64,000 nucleotides of DNA from Planctomycetota bacterium (GCA_044222185.1 JBGANV010000001.1:160001-224000); one strand, 5' to 3'; shown: positions 21,121-31,987, counted from the stretch's first letter. Notes: generated by a model from the letters alone, not told the origin. A program made the numbers and translations.

Positions 21121-22013
21121 CGGAGGCGGGCCTGTTCGATCCGGCGTTTCTTTCGGCGTTGGAGGCGCTTCGGCTGACGGTCCGATCGGTCCCGGCAGGC
21201 GGACGGCCTGCCGAGCATCGCTCGCGCACCCGCGGCGCGGGCCTGGAATTCGCCGACATGCGTCCCTACGTGCCTGGCGACGACCTTCGGTCTGTCGATT
21301 GGCATCTGTTCCAGCGACTCGACAAGGTGTTCGTGCGGCTGTACCTCCACGAGGAGGACCTTCCCGTCCACTTCTTGCTGGACGAAAGCGCCAGCATGAC
21401 GCTGACGCGTTCTGCCGACGGACGCAGCAAACACGTCGTCGCACGACAGGCGTTGGCGGCGCTCGCATACATCGCCATGAACCGCATGGATCGGGTGACG
21501 GTGTGGCCTTTCGCAGGCGAGCCGCTCGAACCGCTCGTCGAACAGACGGGCGGTCTCGGCTTCGAGCGCCTCCTCCGCTGGCTTTCGACGCGGCCCACGA
21601 CAGGGCGGGGTGATCTGGTCTCCGCCGCGCGCCGACTGGCTGAACGCAGCCGTCGGCGAGGCGTGTGCGTCATCGTCTCGGATTGCTTCGACGTTCGTGG
21701 GATCGACGCCGTGCGTGAAGCTCTCGCGGCGATCACTCATCGCATCTGCCTCGTCAGACCCGTTCACGCGGGGGAGAGCGAGCCCACCGTCCGCGGGCCC
21801 CTCGAACTCGTCGATTGCGAGGGAGGGGAGAGCCTGACGCTCGAGGTCGACGATTCCGTCGTCGCGCGCTATCGGTCCGCCTACGAGTCCTTCGTCGCGG
21901 AGGTCGAATCCGCCGTTGCTCATCGCGGAGGCGGCTGCTGCACGTTGACGACGGCCGAGCCCGTCGTCCCCCAGATCGCCGCGCTCTTCGAGCGGGGAGC
22001 GTTCGTTCCATGA
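21117..22013 (+). CDS. DUF58 / vWA-like MoxR partner
   Basis: GLEFADMRPYVPGDDLRSVDW, LLDESASM and VIVSD. The GTG start overlaps the moxR stop. Confidence 0.92.
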   Translation: MTEAGLFDPAFLSALEALRLTVRSVPAGGRPAEHRSRTRGAGLEFADMRPYVPGDDLRSVDWHLFQRLDKVFVRLYLHEEDLPVHFLLDESASMTLTRSADGRSKHVVARQALAALAYIAMNRMDRVTVWPFAGEPLEPLVEQTGGLGFERLLRWLSTRPTTGRGDLVSAARRLAERSRRRGVCVIVSDCFDVRGIDAVREALAAITHRICLVRPVHAGESEPTVRGPLELVDCEGGESLTLEVDDSVVARYRSAYESFVAEVESAVAHRGGGCCTLTTAEPVVPQIAALFERGAFVP

Positions 22014-23434
22014 CGCTCACGGCCCTTTCCCTCGGAACCTATCTCGCAGGCATCGGAGCCGTTGCGGCGGCCGTGTTCGTGGCACACCTGCTGCGCGTGC
22101 GCCATCGCCGGGTGCCGGTCGAGACGTTGCTCTTCTTTCGACTCACGGAGACCCCCAGCCGCCCGCGCGTGCTGTTCGGCATGCCGGCGCGGTGGTTGTC
22201 CATGCTGGCCGCGATGCTCGCGGCCGCGGCGATCTGGACGGCGGTCGCGGATCCTGTCGCCGCCGGTGACGACGCCTCCCGATTCGTGGTCGTGGCGGGC
22301 AGCTCGGCGGTCGATCCCGAGCTTCGGGACGAGGTCCTCTCGTCACCGCTCGGACCGCGCGGACGCATCGTCACCGCGGATGACGACGGCGGGCTCCTCG
22401 CCGGTGCGGACGAGCCGCGAGGCGTGGCGACGGCGCGCCTGGACCCGCGCGAAGCCGCGCCGGGAACGGCCGTCGATGGCGCCGCGGAGCTCGTCACCGC
22501 TCTCGCACGACCGGGGGACGCGGTCGCCGCTCACGGGGTTGATGCTCCCTCCGTTCGCCCGGGCGTCCACGTGGAAACTTCGCGATGGACGCTCGTGCGA
22601 GGTTCCCGCGACGACGTCGCGGACTCGCGGCCCGTGCGGCCCCGGCGCGTTCGCATCGATCCGGCCGTTCCATCCGTCGTCGCCACCGCCGTTGCGTCCG
22701 ATCGGCGGTTCATCGTCGCCTCGGACGGGGAAGCCGAGGCTCTCGTCGTGATGGCGGAAACGGCGCGGTCGGATCCGCGGTCACCCATGCTGGTCATCGA
22801 GCCCGGCGCGAACGCTCGCGAACGGCGTGCAGTCGCCACCTCGGTGCTCCCACTGCCGCTCGGCACGTTCGATCGCACCTCGACGAGCGGAACGCGCCTC
22901 GATGCGCAACCCGGCGAGACGACGTGGGTCGAAGATGCGTTCACCACGGAACCGCTCGTCGCCGCGCGACCGCGTCGCGGTGATGGCGGCCCGCAGGTGC
23001 GTGTCGTCGAATGGCTGCTCGCGCCGGCCGCGCACCGTGACGTGCCCATCCTGGTCTGCGGCGCGCTCGCGATGCTGACGGGCGTCGATCGTCCCGCACG
23101 CGTGACGGCGGGCCAGATCCTCGCGCTTCCGGCCCTCGCCACGAATCCCATCCTCGTCCGGGGATCGGAGACCTTCACCGTCTTGCCGCTGGGGGGGTCC
23201 TACCGTTTCTCGCTTCATCGGCCGGGATCGGCGGTCCTCGATGACGGCGTCACGAGCGCGACCGTCGAGGTCGAGGCCGCCGCGGTCACTCAGAGGCCGG
23301 CGGCCTCATCATCGACGTCCCACGAACGCGGCGTCGTTCGCGACCCGGTCCGCCTCCGCACGTGGCTGATCGCCGCGGCGCTGCTGGCGCTCGTGCTCGA
23401 CATCTGGCTCTATCGGCGAGGGAGCGTGCCATGA
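22010..23434 (+). CDS. BatA-like N-terminal double-TM membrane protein
   Basis: AHLLRVRHRRVPVETLLFF BatA-type N-terminus and a C-terminal TM ending DIWLYRR. ATGA coupling. Confidence 0.7.
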   Translation: MTLTALSLGTYLAGIGAVAAAVFVAHLLRVRHRRVPVETLLFFRLTETPSRPRVLFGMPARWLSMLAAMLAAAAIWTAVADPVAAGDDASRFVVVAGSSAVDPELRDEVLSSPLGPRGRIVTADDDGGLLAGADEPRGVATARLDPREAAPGTAVDGAAELVTALARPGDAVAAHGVDAPSVRPGVHVETSRWTLVRGSRDDVADSRPVRPRRVRIDPAVPSVVATAVASDRRFIVASDGEAEALVVMAETARSDPRSPMLVIEPGANARERRAVATSVLPLPLGTFDRTSTSGTRLDAQPGETTWVEDAFTTEPLVAARPRRGDGGPQVRVVEWLLAPAAHRDVPILVCGALAMLTGVDRPARVTAGQILALPALATNPILVRGSETFTVLPLGGSYRFSLHRPGSAVLDDGVTSATVEVEAAAVTQRPAASSSTSHERGVVRDPVRLRTWLIAAALLALVLDIWLYRRGSVP

Positions 23435-26400
23435 CGTTCGGCCACCCCTGGGCGCTCCTCTTCTTGGTCGGCGTCGTTCCGGCCGGCGTGGTCCTGTTGC
23501 GCCGTGGAGCGCGAGCCGGCGAGGTGTCGCGCGCGGCGACGCTCCTCCAACTCCTGGCGCTCGTTTGCCTGTGTCTTGCGCTGGCGGATCCACAGGTCGA
23601 GCGCCCGGACACGCCCGTGCACGTGATCGCGGTCGCCGTCGGCGATTCGGCACGCGCGGCCGGCGACGACGCGGTCGCAGCGTTGCGTCGCGCCGACGGC
23701 GATGCGCGAGTCGAACGGATCCAGGTGGATTCCCAGGTGAGCCTCGGCGATGGGAGTCCGCCCGAAACGGCGCCCGATCTGGCGCGCGGCCTGGCCGTGG
23801 CGCGCGGGCTCGTCCCTTCCGGCGCCTCCGGTCGGATCACTCTCGTGAGCGACGGAAGCCACGTGGGCCCGTCTTTCCACGATGAGGTCTCGGCCATCAC
23901 GCGACGCGGGATCGCCTTCGACGTCGTCGCCGTTCGCGGGGATCGACGCCCCGCGCTGCTCTCCGTGGATCACCCGTCGGCCGTCCGCGCCCGGGAGCCG
24001 TTCACGCTTCGCGCACGCGTCCGAGCGAGCGAGCCCACGAGCGGCCACCTCGTCGTCGAATCCCGCGGCGCCGTGCTCGCGCGCCACGCGGCGAAGTTGG
24101 ACGTCGGCACGACGACACTCGCGATGGACCTGTCGATCGAGGCCCTCGGCGTCGCCGACCTGCGGACGCGCTTCGTCATCGGCGTCGACACCACGGCCTC
24201 GGGCTTCGAGGAGCGCTCTGCGGTCGACGTCACCGCTCCGCCCATCATCGCCCACGTGATTCCCGGAGTCGATGGAAGCGACCCGCTCGCGTCGCTCCTC
24301 GCGCCGTTCGGCTTCGACGTTCGCGTCGTCGATCCGGGACACGTGGCACCGGCGTTGTTTCGCGAAGCGTCCGCCTGGGTCGTGGACGACGTCGCCGCGG
24401 ACCGCTGGGAAGCCACGGCCCAGGAGGAACTGCGTCGTGCGGTGCTGGAAGAGGGTTCGGGACTCCTGCTCGCGGGCGCGCACCAGAACCTCGGCCCCGG
24501 GGGTTACGGCGGATCGCCCCTCGCCGACATCCTGCCTGTCGACTTCCCGCAGGAGGAGGAGCGCCGCGATCCGTCCGTCGGCCTCGTGCTCATCATCGAT
24601 ACGAGCGGAAGCATGGGCGGAGCGCGCATCGAACTTGCGAAGGAAGTTGCGCGCCTCGCACTGAAGCGTCTCCAGCCGCACGACAAGGTCGGCATCGTCG
24701 AGTTCTACGGCAGCAAGCGGTGGGCAGCGCCCCTTCAGTCGGCCAGCAACGCCATCGAGATCCAACGCGCACTCAACCGGCTCCAGGCCGGCGGCGGAAC
24801 GATCATCTACTCGGCGATCGAAGAGGCGTTCCACGCGTTGCGCGCCGCGACCACGCGTTTTCGCCAGATCCTCGTGCTCACGGACGGCGGCGTGGAGTCG
24901 GGTCCATTCGACGTTCTCGCACGCCAGATCGCGGAGAGCGGAATCAACTTGAACACGGTCCTGATCGGCCCGCAGGGGAACTCGCCGTTCCTCCAGAACC
25001 TCGCCAACTGGGGACGGGGACGGTTCTACTCCTGCCCGTCGCGGTTCCAGCTTCCGGACCTGTCGTTCCGCGAGCCCCAGACGTCGCCCTCCTCCGCCGT
25101 GCGCGATGCGCGGATGGAAGTCGACGTCTCGATGCCGGTGGACGCCCTGCGCGTCTGGGCCGGTCACGCCATGCCTGCGATCGGCGCGCTGACGAACGGA
25201 ACGGCGCGGCCGGGCGCCTCGACGTGGATCTCGACACGCGATGGGCGACCCGTCCTCACGGCCTGGGACCAAGGCTGCGGGCGCGCGGCGGTGCTCGCGA
25301 CGGAGTTGTTCGGGCCCGCGTCAGCCGAGTGGCGGAGTGACGGGCGATTCGGCGCGGGACTGGCCGATCTGCTCCGAGCACTCGGCCACGGCAGTCGGGC
25401 CATCGTGCCCGCCGTCGACGTTCAGGCGTTCCCGCACCGACTGCTGGTTTCCGGACGAACGGCCGGCGTCGACGACGTGACCGTGAGCCTTCGAACCAAC
25501 ACGGGAGCACTCGCGGCAGCGCCGGCGAGGTGCGCAGCGGATGGCACATGGCGTGCGGCATTCGAGTGGCCTTCGGACTCACCCGTCGTGATCGAAGCCG
25601 AGACGGATCACGTGGTGGCTCGCGGAGCAGCCGTTCGTCCGCTTTCGCGGAGCGAGCGTGCGGAGGACGTCACGGCCGACCTGGCGATGCTGCGCGAACA
25701 CACCGCACGGGCGCCCGCCGTGGCTGCGAGGCCGAGGTCCGTTCCGCGGCGGATCGCACCCATCGTCCTCGTCGCCGCGCTGCTGGCGTACATCGCCCAG
25801 CTCTTCGTGCGCCGAACGGCTCCGCGCGGCGGTATTGCGGTGACCGCTGCGTTGGTGCTGTGGGGAACGCCCGCGGCCGCGCAGTCGCCAGCCGAGTTCC
25901 AGGCGACGATCCAGGAGACGCTGATGCGCGACGGTCGCCTCGATGCGCTTCGCGCGAGGGCCGACTCTCGACCGTCCTGGTGCCGGGTCGCCATCGAGCG
26001 CGCCGATGGCGATCTCGAGGCCGCGCTCGCCGCAGTCGACCGGGCCGACGCCTCCACGCGAATCGAGTTGCTCGAGCGCCTGGGACGCCTCGCCGACGCC
26101 GAGAGCGAATTGCATCTGAACGCCGGGGGTTCGACCGCGGAGGATCGCCTCCATTCGACCTGGATGTCGACCCAGCGGGCCCTGCTGCGTCTTGCCCAGG
26201 GGCGTCCCGACGAGGCCTCGAAGGACGTCGATTCCGTGGTGTCGAACGCGACGGCCGAAGACCGCGCGTTCTTCGTGCGACTCCTCGCGCTGTGGGGCCA
26301 GCGCGCGAAGGCTCTCGCTCTCGACACGCGCAAGACCGGCGAACTCTCGCTCGGGGATTCCCTCCGGCGCGCCATGTGGCTGTCGGATGCGGGGCGGGTG

Positions 26401-29400
26401 CCGGAAGCCCTCGACACCCTCGAGTTGGCGTATGGCAAGGCCGCACTCGATCGCGATCGCAGATTCCTCCTCGCGCGCAGCATCACGCTGGCGCGGCGAG
26501 GTGGCCTGCTCGCGGAGCTGGCCACGCGGTGGACGCGCTCGCTCACGCCCGAAGACGTGACGCGTCGCACGGGCCTCCTCCAGGCGCTCCGTGAGCTCGG
26601 TCGCGCCGACGAAGCTCTCGCTCTCGCGTCGGCGTCGACGGACGGCGACCTGCGCCAGGAAGCACTGGCGATCGCAGCGGAGCTTGGACGAACGTCCGAC
26701 GTGATCGAACGGGCGCGGGCTGCGCTCGTGACGAACCCGAAGGACGGACGCGCGCGCCGATTCCTCGCGTTGACCCTGGCCGAGAACCGGCGCCTCGACG
26801 AAGCCGACGCCGTCCTTCGCGAGGCCGTCGTCGTCGAGTCCAGGATCGGAGAACTCGTGGGATGGGCCGAGGCGGCGGGGGACCTGGGCCTCGCCGCGAG
26901 TCGCGACCTGGCGATCGAGCGGCTCTCCGGTCAGGGGGAAAATGGACGCGTTGCCGCGGCCCTGGTTCGTGCTCGCGACCTGCGGAACCGGCGGAAGCTG
27001 GCCGACGCGGCCGTCGTGCTGGTGGACGCCGCGAAGGCCGCCGAGGGCCCCGCCAATCTGGCGGCGCTCGCATCCGAGCTGGAAGCGGTGGACAAGCGGA
27101 CGGAGGCGATCGAGGTCTTGCAGCGCGTCTGGGGGGCGACGGGGAGCGAGGACGTCGGCGCGCGCCTCGCACAGTTGCTCGCCGACGGCAAGCAGCAGTC
27201 CGAACGCGATCGAGCCCTCGCGATCCAACGCGAACTGTGGTTGCGACCCGGGACCGCGGCCCGGCGCGTCCAGGCCGAGGAGCGCGTTCTCGACGCGGCG
27301 GCGCGCGAAGGAACGCTGGCCGACCTCGCAATCGAACTCGAGGAGGGCCTCGCCGCGGCCGGCCCCGATCACGACGCGCGACTGGATGCGCTCTTGAAGA
27401 TCTATTCGCGGGCGCGGGACGCGGCCGGCGGCTCGGCGATCCTCGCCGAGGAAATGAAGCGTCGACCGGAAGAACGGGTCCGGTTGACGGAACGGCTGGC
27501 GCAGCTCCAACTCGAGTGCGAGGAGTTCACCGCGTACGAGCGCACCCTGCGCGAACTGATCGTGATGGCTCCGGCGAACGAGCTGGACTACCGTCAGCAA
27601 CTCGCCATGAGCGCGCTCGAGCGCGGCCGGCCCGCGGACGCAGCCAAGGTCGTTCGCGACCTCGTGTCACGCGGGGGGATGCTCCCCGAGACCGCGTTCG
27701 AGTTCTCGGCGGGCATCTTCAACCTCGCGGGCGACCATCAGTCGGCCGCGGCTGCGTACCGGCGGACGCTCGCGCTCCATCCCGATCGGATCGAGACGTG
27801 GCTGCTGCTCGGAGACGCGTTGCGGAACCTGGGCGAGTCCGATCGCGCGATCGGGATCTTCTCGGACCTCATCAAGCCGTCCGCGAGAGACGACCTCTTC
27901 GTCGTCGCCGTCGACGGCCTCCTCAACATGGACGCCAATCCGCGGATCATGGCGTTCGCCGAAATGCGAATTCGCGAGCGCCTCGCGTCGCGCCCCGACA
28001 CCGTGTTCCTGCTGCGACTGCTCCAGGACGTGCTCGAGCAGCGCCGGGACGAGAAGGGGCGGGCCGTACTCCTCGACGAGCTCGTCATCGCGGCTGGCGA
28101 GCAGCGCGTCGCGTTCCTGCGCGAAGCGATGGACGACGCGCGCACGGCATCGGATTGGCAGCGCTACAGCGACTTCGGCCACGAACTCCTCATGCTCGAG
28201 GACGACGCGCCCCCGGCCGTCTTCCTCGAACTTGGCGAAGTGTTGTTGAAACGCAAGGACCTGCGCGGCGCCGAACAGGCGTTCGGAAGGGCCCGGATGG
28301 CGAACGAGTTCGACGCCATCGAGCAACACATCGCCGAGCTCTACGCGGCAGGCGGCAGCCCGGCGGATGCGGCGCGCGTTCGCGCGAGGATCCTGCTTCG
28401 GCACCCGGAGGATCCGGCGGCGCGGCTCGCGCTTGCGAAATTGTGGGAGCAGCTCGGACGCCATGCGGAAGCGGGACCGTTGTTCGTCGATGCCGCGGTG
28501 ATGCAGCTCGCGTCACCCGGATCAGCACCGGCCGAGCCACCGGACTTGACCTCGGGCGGCGGCATCGCCGGTGCCCTGTCGACCGTCCGCCTCGTGAGCC
28601 GCGCCGACCGCGCCCAGGAAGCGGCAGCTGACGAAGCGATGGCTGGCGCCGCGCGGTGCGCGAGCCGTCCGTCCGACCTCGGGGCGGTGGTCGACCGCCT
28701 GAAGGCCGTCGCGCGCGATTCCACGCGCCGGGATCGGCCCATGGCCCTCGACCGCCTGAGGGAACTCGCCGTCGTCTTCCGGTCCGACGATCTCGCTGGA
28801 GAAGTGGGCGCGATCGAGGCGGAATGGCTCGGCGCCGCGGATCCCGTGCTCGTGCGGGCCGTCGTCGCGGGGCGCGATCGCATCGGAGACGTCGACGGAG
28901 CCGTGGCGGCCGCCAAGGCCCAGCCTGCGGCACGGTTCGATCGACCGGCGTGGCGTGCGGCGCTGCTCGCGGGCAAGGGCGACGACGCGCTCTCGCTCGC
29001 GGCGAATGCTCCGCCGGAAGCGCTGTTGCAGACGCTGCAGGCTTTCGTGCTCGACGGCGATCTCGATCGGGCGCGGCGGGCGCTCGACGCACTGCGGCGA
29101 TCGGGCGCGGGCCGCGAGCGAACGATCGCCGCCCAGCTCCGCAAGGCACAAGCGACGCTCGGTGAGCCCGTGACCGCCGATTCGCGTCCACCCGACCGGG
29201 GCATCGACGACGCCCTGGCGTCGAAGGGCCGCAGTCGCGTCCAGGCCGTCATCTCGGCCGTTCGCGCGTCGAAAGGGGCGCCCGTCGATCGGAAGGTCCA
29301 GGCGTTGTTGGCGATCCTCCCCGAAGTCCGCGCGGATGCCACGGGCAATACCGCGGCGTCGTTCGTCGGAGCTGCGCGCGGTGTCCTCCCCGCGGAACAG

Positions 29401-31464
29401 ACGACGGAGTTGGTGGAGAAGGCGCTCCAGACGGCGTCCATGCCCGTGCTGGTCGGGATCCGGCTGCGGGATCTGGACATGGTCGTCCCCGAGCGCCGCC
29501 TCGAAATTGCCGTCAAGGCGCTCGACCGCTTGAAGGGCGAGGAAGCGAACACGGCGCTCCTCTCGCTCTTCGACGGCCAGGCTGCGCAGCTCTCCGAAGA
29601 TCTGCTCCTCGGGCTCGTGAAGAAACTCGCGGCGCGGCGTCTGGATCAGCCCGACCTCACGCGCCTTTCGCGGATCGTCGCAAACCCGGCCCTCCCCGCG
29701 ACCGTGCGCCGCGCCCTCGTCGACCACGTCGGCGAGGCTCGCCCCGACGATCCTGCCGTGCTCGTCCAGCGGGCCGGATTCATGCCCGTTGGACCCGAGC
29801 GTGACGCACTCGCCGATCGGGCCGCCAAGGCGTTCGCCGCGCAGAAGCGCATGGGATCCGGCGGAATCGACCTCGCGAACGAGATAGCCGCATTGCTCGG
29901 GCCCGACTCCCTTCGGGCCGCCGCCGGCACGGATTCGCGGCCCGCGGCGCGCCTGCTCGCGGGACTCGCGGACGCACGCAGCGGCAACTGGAAGGCCTTC
30001 GGGGACGCGGTTCGCGATCTCGGCTTCGATCTCGCCGAAGACGTGAGCGCCGTGATGCAGACCGTCAGCGTGATGAAACAGCTCGGCCGGATCGAGGACG
30101 CCGCCGGCATCTACCAGCGCCATCTGGCGCGTGCGTCGCAGGTCTATCCGTATCACGCGCAAAACGCCGCCGAGCTGCTCCTGCGCAGCGGGAAACCTGC
30201 AGAGGCGCTTGCGGCGCTCGGAATGGCGAAGAGCGACCTGGGCGAGGACCCGTCCCTTCGGCTGCGCGTCGGCGCTCGACTGCCCGATGCGACGGCCCGC
30301 CGCACGGCGCTTCGCGTCGCCATCGGATCCTCCGGGCGATCCACGCTCGTGCCTTCGCTCGTCGCGCGGAACGACGATGATGGCGGCAGTCTGGCGGAGG
30401 CCTTGGCTCGCCCCACGCTCCGGCCGCGGGTGCCCTCGTCCCTGAAGGATTGCGAGTCGCTTCGAGCCGGCTTGGACGTGCTCGGATTCGTGCCGGAGGG
30501 GGCCGACCTGGTCGCCGCATGTCGCCGCGCCGCGGCGATCACCATGGGCGACCTCGGCCTCGCCGTCGAGCGCGCGCGCGTCCGCAGCGCGTCCGCGAGC
30601 GGAGGGCTGGCCACGCTCCTCCAGGAAGCGCGGGCGGCGCTTGCCGCGCGCCCGTTCGATCGCGACGCGTTGCGCGTGCTCGTCGCCGCGATCGAATGCG
30701 GGCTCGCGAAAGAGAAGGACGCGCCCATGCGCCTCGCGCACGTGGCGCTCCTGCGTGATCGGACGGACTGGAAGCTGCTGGTGGAGATGGCGCGCGTGCT
30801 CGAAACCGCAGGCGACAAGGAGGAGGCGGACCGGCTTCTGGCGATCATCGCCGTCGACCGCGAGACGCTTTCCGGCCTCGATTTGGCGGACGAGGCCCGG
30901 GATCTGATCGCCATGGTCGCGTCGCGTGATCCGGCCCGCCTGATGCGCCTCGTTCCAGCGGGCGACACGCCCCAGAACGACTTCGACGGCGAACTCCTCT
31001 CGGCGCTCACGGCCTCCGACGTTCCCGTGCGCGCGATCGTCGAAGCCTACCCGACCATGCAATCGCATTTCGGAGACGGGGGATCCCGCTACCGCATGGA
31101 GCGGTTGGCCCTCCCGTGGGTCGGCGTGATGCTCCGCGCGGGGAATCGCGACGGTTTGCTCCGCACGCTCGGCGTGCTCGCGACCACGACCGACGATCTC
31201 GTCGCCGCGCGTCTCGTCGGCGCCGCGGTTCCGCCGCTCCGATCCTGGACCGATCGAACGATCGCCGAGGACTTCGCGACGGCGATCCGGGAGCGGCTCG
31301 CGTCCCCGAATCTGAAGTCGCGCTTCCTCTTCGCGCGGCTGGGCTCCGTGCTCGCGCGCCGTCTCGACGAAGGCGGAGAGGCCGATGCCGCACGGGCGCT
31401 GTGGGCCTCGGTCGAAGCCGCGACGGGCGGGATCCCCGGCTTCTCGGCGTGGCGGCCGTTCTGA
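23431..31464 (+). CDS. Giant (about 2677 aa) membrane vWA + GATase1-like + TPR-repeat protein
   Basis: MTFGHPWALL N-terminal TM. GLLLAG..NLGPGGYGGSPLADILPV (GATase1-like). MIDAS IIDTSGSM...GGGT...LTDG. Two hydrophobic helices, then more than 1800 aa of helical/TPR repeats. Confidence 0.85.
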   Translation: MTFGHPWALLFLVGVVPAGVVLLRRGARAGEVSRAATLLQLLALVCLCLALADPQVERPDTPVHVIAVAVGDSARAAGDDAVAALRRADGDARVERIQVDSQVSLGDGSPPETAPDLARGLAVARGLVPSGASGRITLVSDGSHVGPSFHDEVSAITRRGIAFDVVAVRGDRRPALLSVDHPSAVRAREPFTLRARVRASEPTSGHLVVESRGAVLARHAAKLDVGTTTLAMDLSIEALGVADLRTRFVIGVDTTASGFEERSAVDVTAPPIIAHVIPGVDGSDPLASLLAPFGFDVRVVDPGHVAPALFREASAWVVDDVAADRWEATAQEELRRAVLEEGSGLLLAGAHQNLGPGGYGGSPLADILPVDFPQEEERRDPSVGLVLIIDTSGSMGGARIELAKEVARLALKRLQPHDKVGIVEFYGSKRWAAPLQSASNAIEIQRALNRLQAGGGTIIYSAIEEAFHALRAATTRFRQILVLTDGGVESGPFDVLARQIAESGINLNTVLIGPQGNSPFLQNLANWGRGRFYSCPSRFQLPDLSFREPQTSPSSAVRDARMEVDVSMPVDALRVWAGHAMPAIGALTNGTARPGASTWISTRDGRPVLTAWDQGCGRAAVLATELFGPASAEWRSDGRFGAGLADLLRALGHGSRAIVPAVDVQAFPHRLLVSGRTAGVDDVTVSLRTNTGALAAAPARCAADGTWRAAFEWPSDSPVVIEAETDHVVARGAAVRPLSRSERAEDVTADLAMLREHTARAPAVAARPRSVPRRIAPIVLVAALLAYIAQLFVRRTAPRGGIAVTAALVLWGTPAAAQSPAEFQATIQETLMRDGRLDALRARADSRPSWCRVAIERADGDLEAALAAVDRADASTRIELLERLGRLADAESELHLNAGGSTAEDRLHSTWMSTQRALLRLAQGRPDEASKDVDSVVSNATAEDRAFFVRLLALWGQRAKALALDTRKTGELSLGDSLRRAMWLSDAGRVPEALDTLELAYGKAALDRDRRFLLARSITLARRGGLLAELATRWTRSLTPEDVTRRTGLLQALRELGRADEALALASASTDGDLRQEALAIAAELGRTSDVIERARAALVTNPKDGRARRFLALTLAENRRLDEADAVLREAVVVESRIGELVGWAEAAGDLGLAASRDLAIERLSGQGENGRVAAALVRARDLRNRRKLADAAVVLVDAAKAAEGPANLAALASELEAVDKRTEAIEVLQRVWGATGSEDVGARLAQLLADGKQQSERDRALAIQRELWLRPGTAARRVQAEERVLDAAAREGTLADLAIELEEGLAAAGPDHDARLDALLKIYSRARDAAGGSAILAEEMKRRPEERVRLTERLAQLQLECEEFTAYERTLRELIVMAPANELDYRQQLAMSALERGRPADAAKVVRDLVSRGGMLPETAFEFSAGIFNLAGDHQSAAAAYRRTLALHPDRIETWLLLGDALRNLGESDRAIGIFSDLIKPSARDDLFVVAVDGLLNMDANPRIMAFAEMRIRERLASRPDTVFLLRLLQDVLEQRRDEKGRAVLLDELVIAAGEQRVAFLREAMDDARTASDWQRYSDFGHELLMLEDDAPPAVFLELGEVLLKRKDLRGAEQAFGRARMANEFDAIEQHIAELYAAGGSPADAARVRARILLRHPEDPAARLALAKLWEQLGRHAEAGPLFVDAAVMQLASPGSAPAEPPDLTSGGGIAGALSTVRLVSRADRAQEAAADEAMAGAARCASRPSDLGAVVDRLKAVARDSTRRDRPMALDRLRELAVVFRSDDLAGEVGAIEAEWLGAADPVLVRAVVAGRDRIGDVDGAVAAAKAQPAARFDRPAWRAALLAGKGDDALSLAANAPPEALLQTLQAFVLDGDLDRARRALDALRRSGAGRERTIAAQLRKAQATLGEPVTADSRPPDRGIDDALASKGRSRVQAVISAVRASKGAPVDRKVQALLAILPEVRADATGNTAASFVGAARGVLPAEQTTELVEKALQTASMPVLVGIRLRDLDMVVPERRLEIAVKALDRLKGEEANTALLSLFDGQAAQLSEDLLLGLVKKLAARRLDQPDLTRLSRIVANPALPATVRRALVDHVGEARPDDPAVLVQRAGFMPVGPERDALADRAAKAFAAQKRMGSGGIDLANEIAALLGPDSLRAAAGTDSRPAARLLAGLADARSGNWKAFGDAVRDLGFDLAEDVSAVMQTVSVMKQLGRIEDAAGIYQRHLARASQVYPYHAQNAAELLLRSGKPAEALAALGMAKSDLGEDPSLRLRVGARLPDATARRTALRVAIGSSGRSTLVPSLVARNDDDGGSLAEALARPTLRPRVPSSLKDCESLRAGLDVLGFVPEGADLVAACRRAAAITMGDLGLAVERARVRSASASGGLATLLQEARAALAARPFDRDALRVLVAAIECGLAKEKDAPMRLAHVALLRDRTDWKLLVEMARVLETAGDKEEADRLLAIIAVDRETLSGLDLADEARDLIAMVASRDPARLMRLVPAGDTPQNDFDGELLSALTASDVPVRAIVEAYPTMQSHFGDGGSRYRMERLALPWVGVMLRAGNRDGLLRTLGVLATTTDDLVAARLVGAAVPPLRSWTDRTIAEDFATAIRERLASPNLKSRFLFARLGSVLARRLDEGGEADAARALWASVEAATGGIPGFSAWRPF

Positions 31465-31483
31465 TCGGGCGGGCCTCTGGACG

Positions 31484-31987
31484 CTAGGCCGGCGGAGGTC
31501 CGCCCGTCGAGCGGATGGCGTTGGACCAGTCCGTCTCGTAGAGGAGGTACCCCGTCTCGTGCATGGCCTGGTGCTCGTAGGTCGTGCGCGCGCGGCGGTT
31601 CTCTTCCTCGACGTAGAGCCGCAACCCGATCACGTTGCCCTCCGCACGCGCCGCCGATTCCACGTGGCGATGCAGGGTTCGGTAGACACCGTGGCCGCGG
31701 AAGCGCTCCGCGACGTAGACGCTCTGGATCCACCAGAACCAGCCGTTGCGCCAGTCGCTCCACTCCGTGGTGATCATCACCTGGCCGGCGATTTCCGCTC
31801 CCACCATCGCCACGAAGTAGCGACCGCGACCACGATCGGAAAGGACCGCGGCGACGCCTGGCTTCAGGATCCCGAGGTCGAGCTCGCGGGCTTCGCTCTC
31901 CCGCGCCAGCCGCGCGTTGAACTCCGCGATGACGTCGACGTCGGCGGGGACGGCGTCGCGCACGCGCACGAGCAAAGGTGTCGTCAT
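31484..31987 (-). CDS. GNAT family N-acetyltransferase
   Basis: TTEWSDWRNG..WWIQSVYV..FRGHGVY and LRLYVEEENRRARTTY. Start reassigned to the ATG at 31987. Confidence 0.9.
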   Translation of the reverse strand: MTTPLLVRVRDAVPADVDVIAEFNARLARESEARELDLGILKPGVAAVLSDRGRGRYFVAMVGAEIAGQVMITTEWSDWRNGWFWWIQSVYVAERFRGHGVYRTLHRHVESAARAEGNVIGLRLYVEEENRRARTTYEHQAMHETGYLLYETDWSNAIRSTGGPPPA

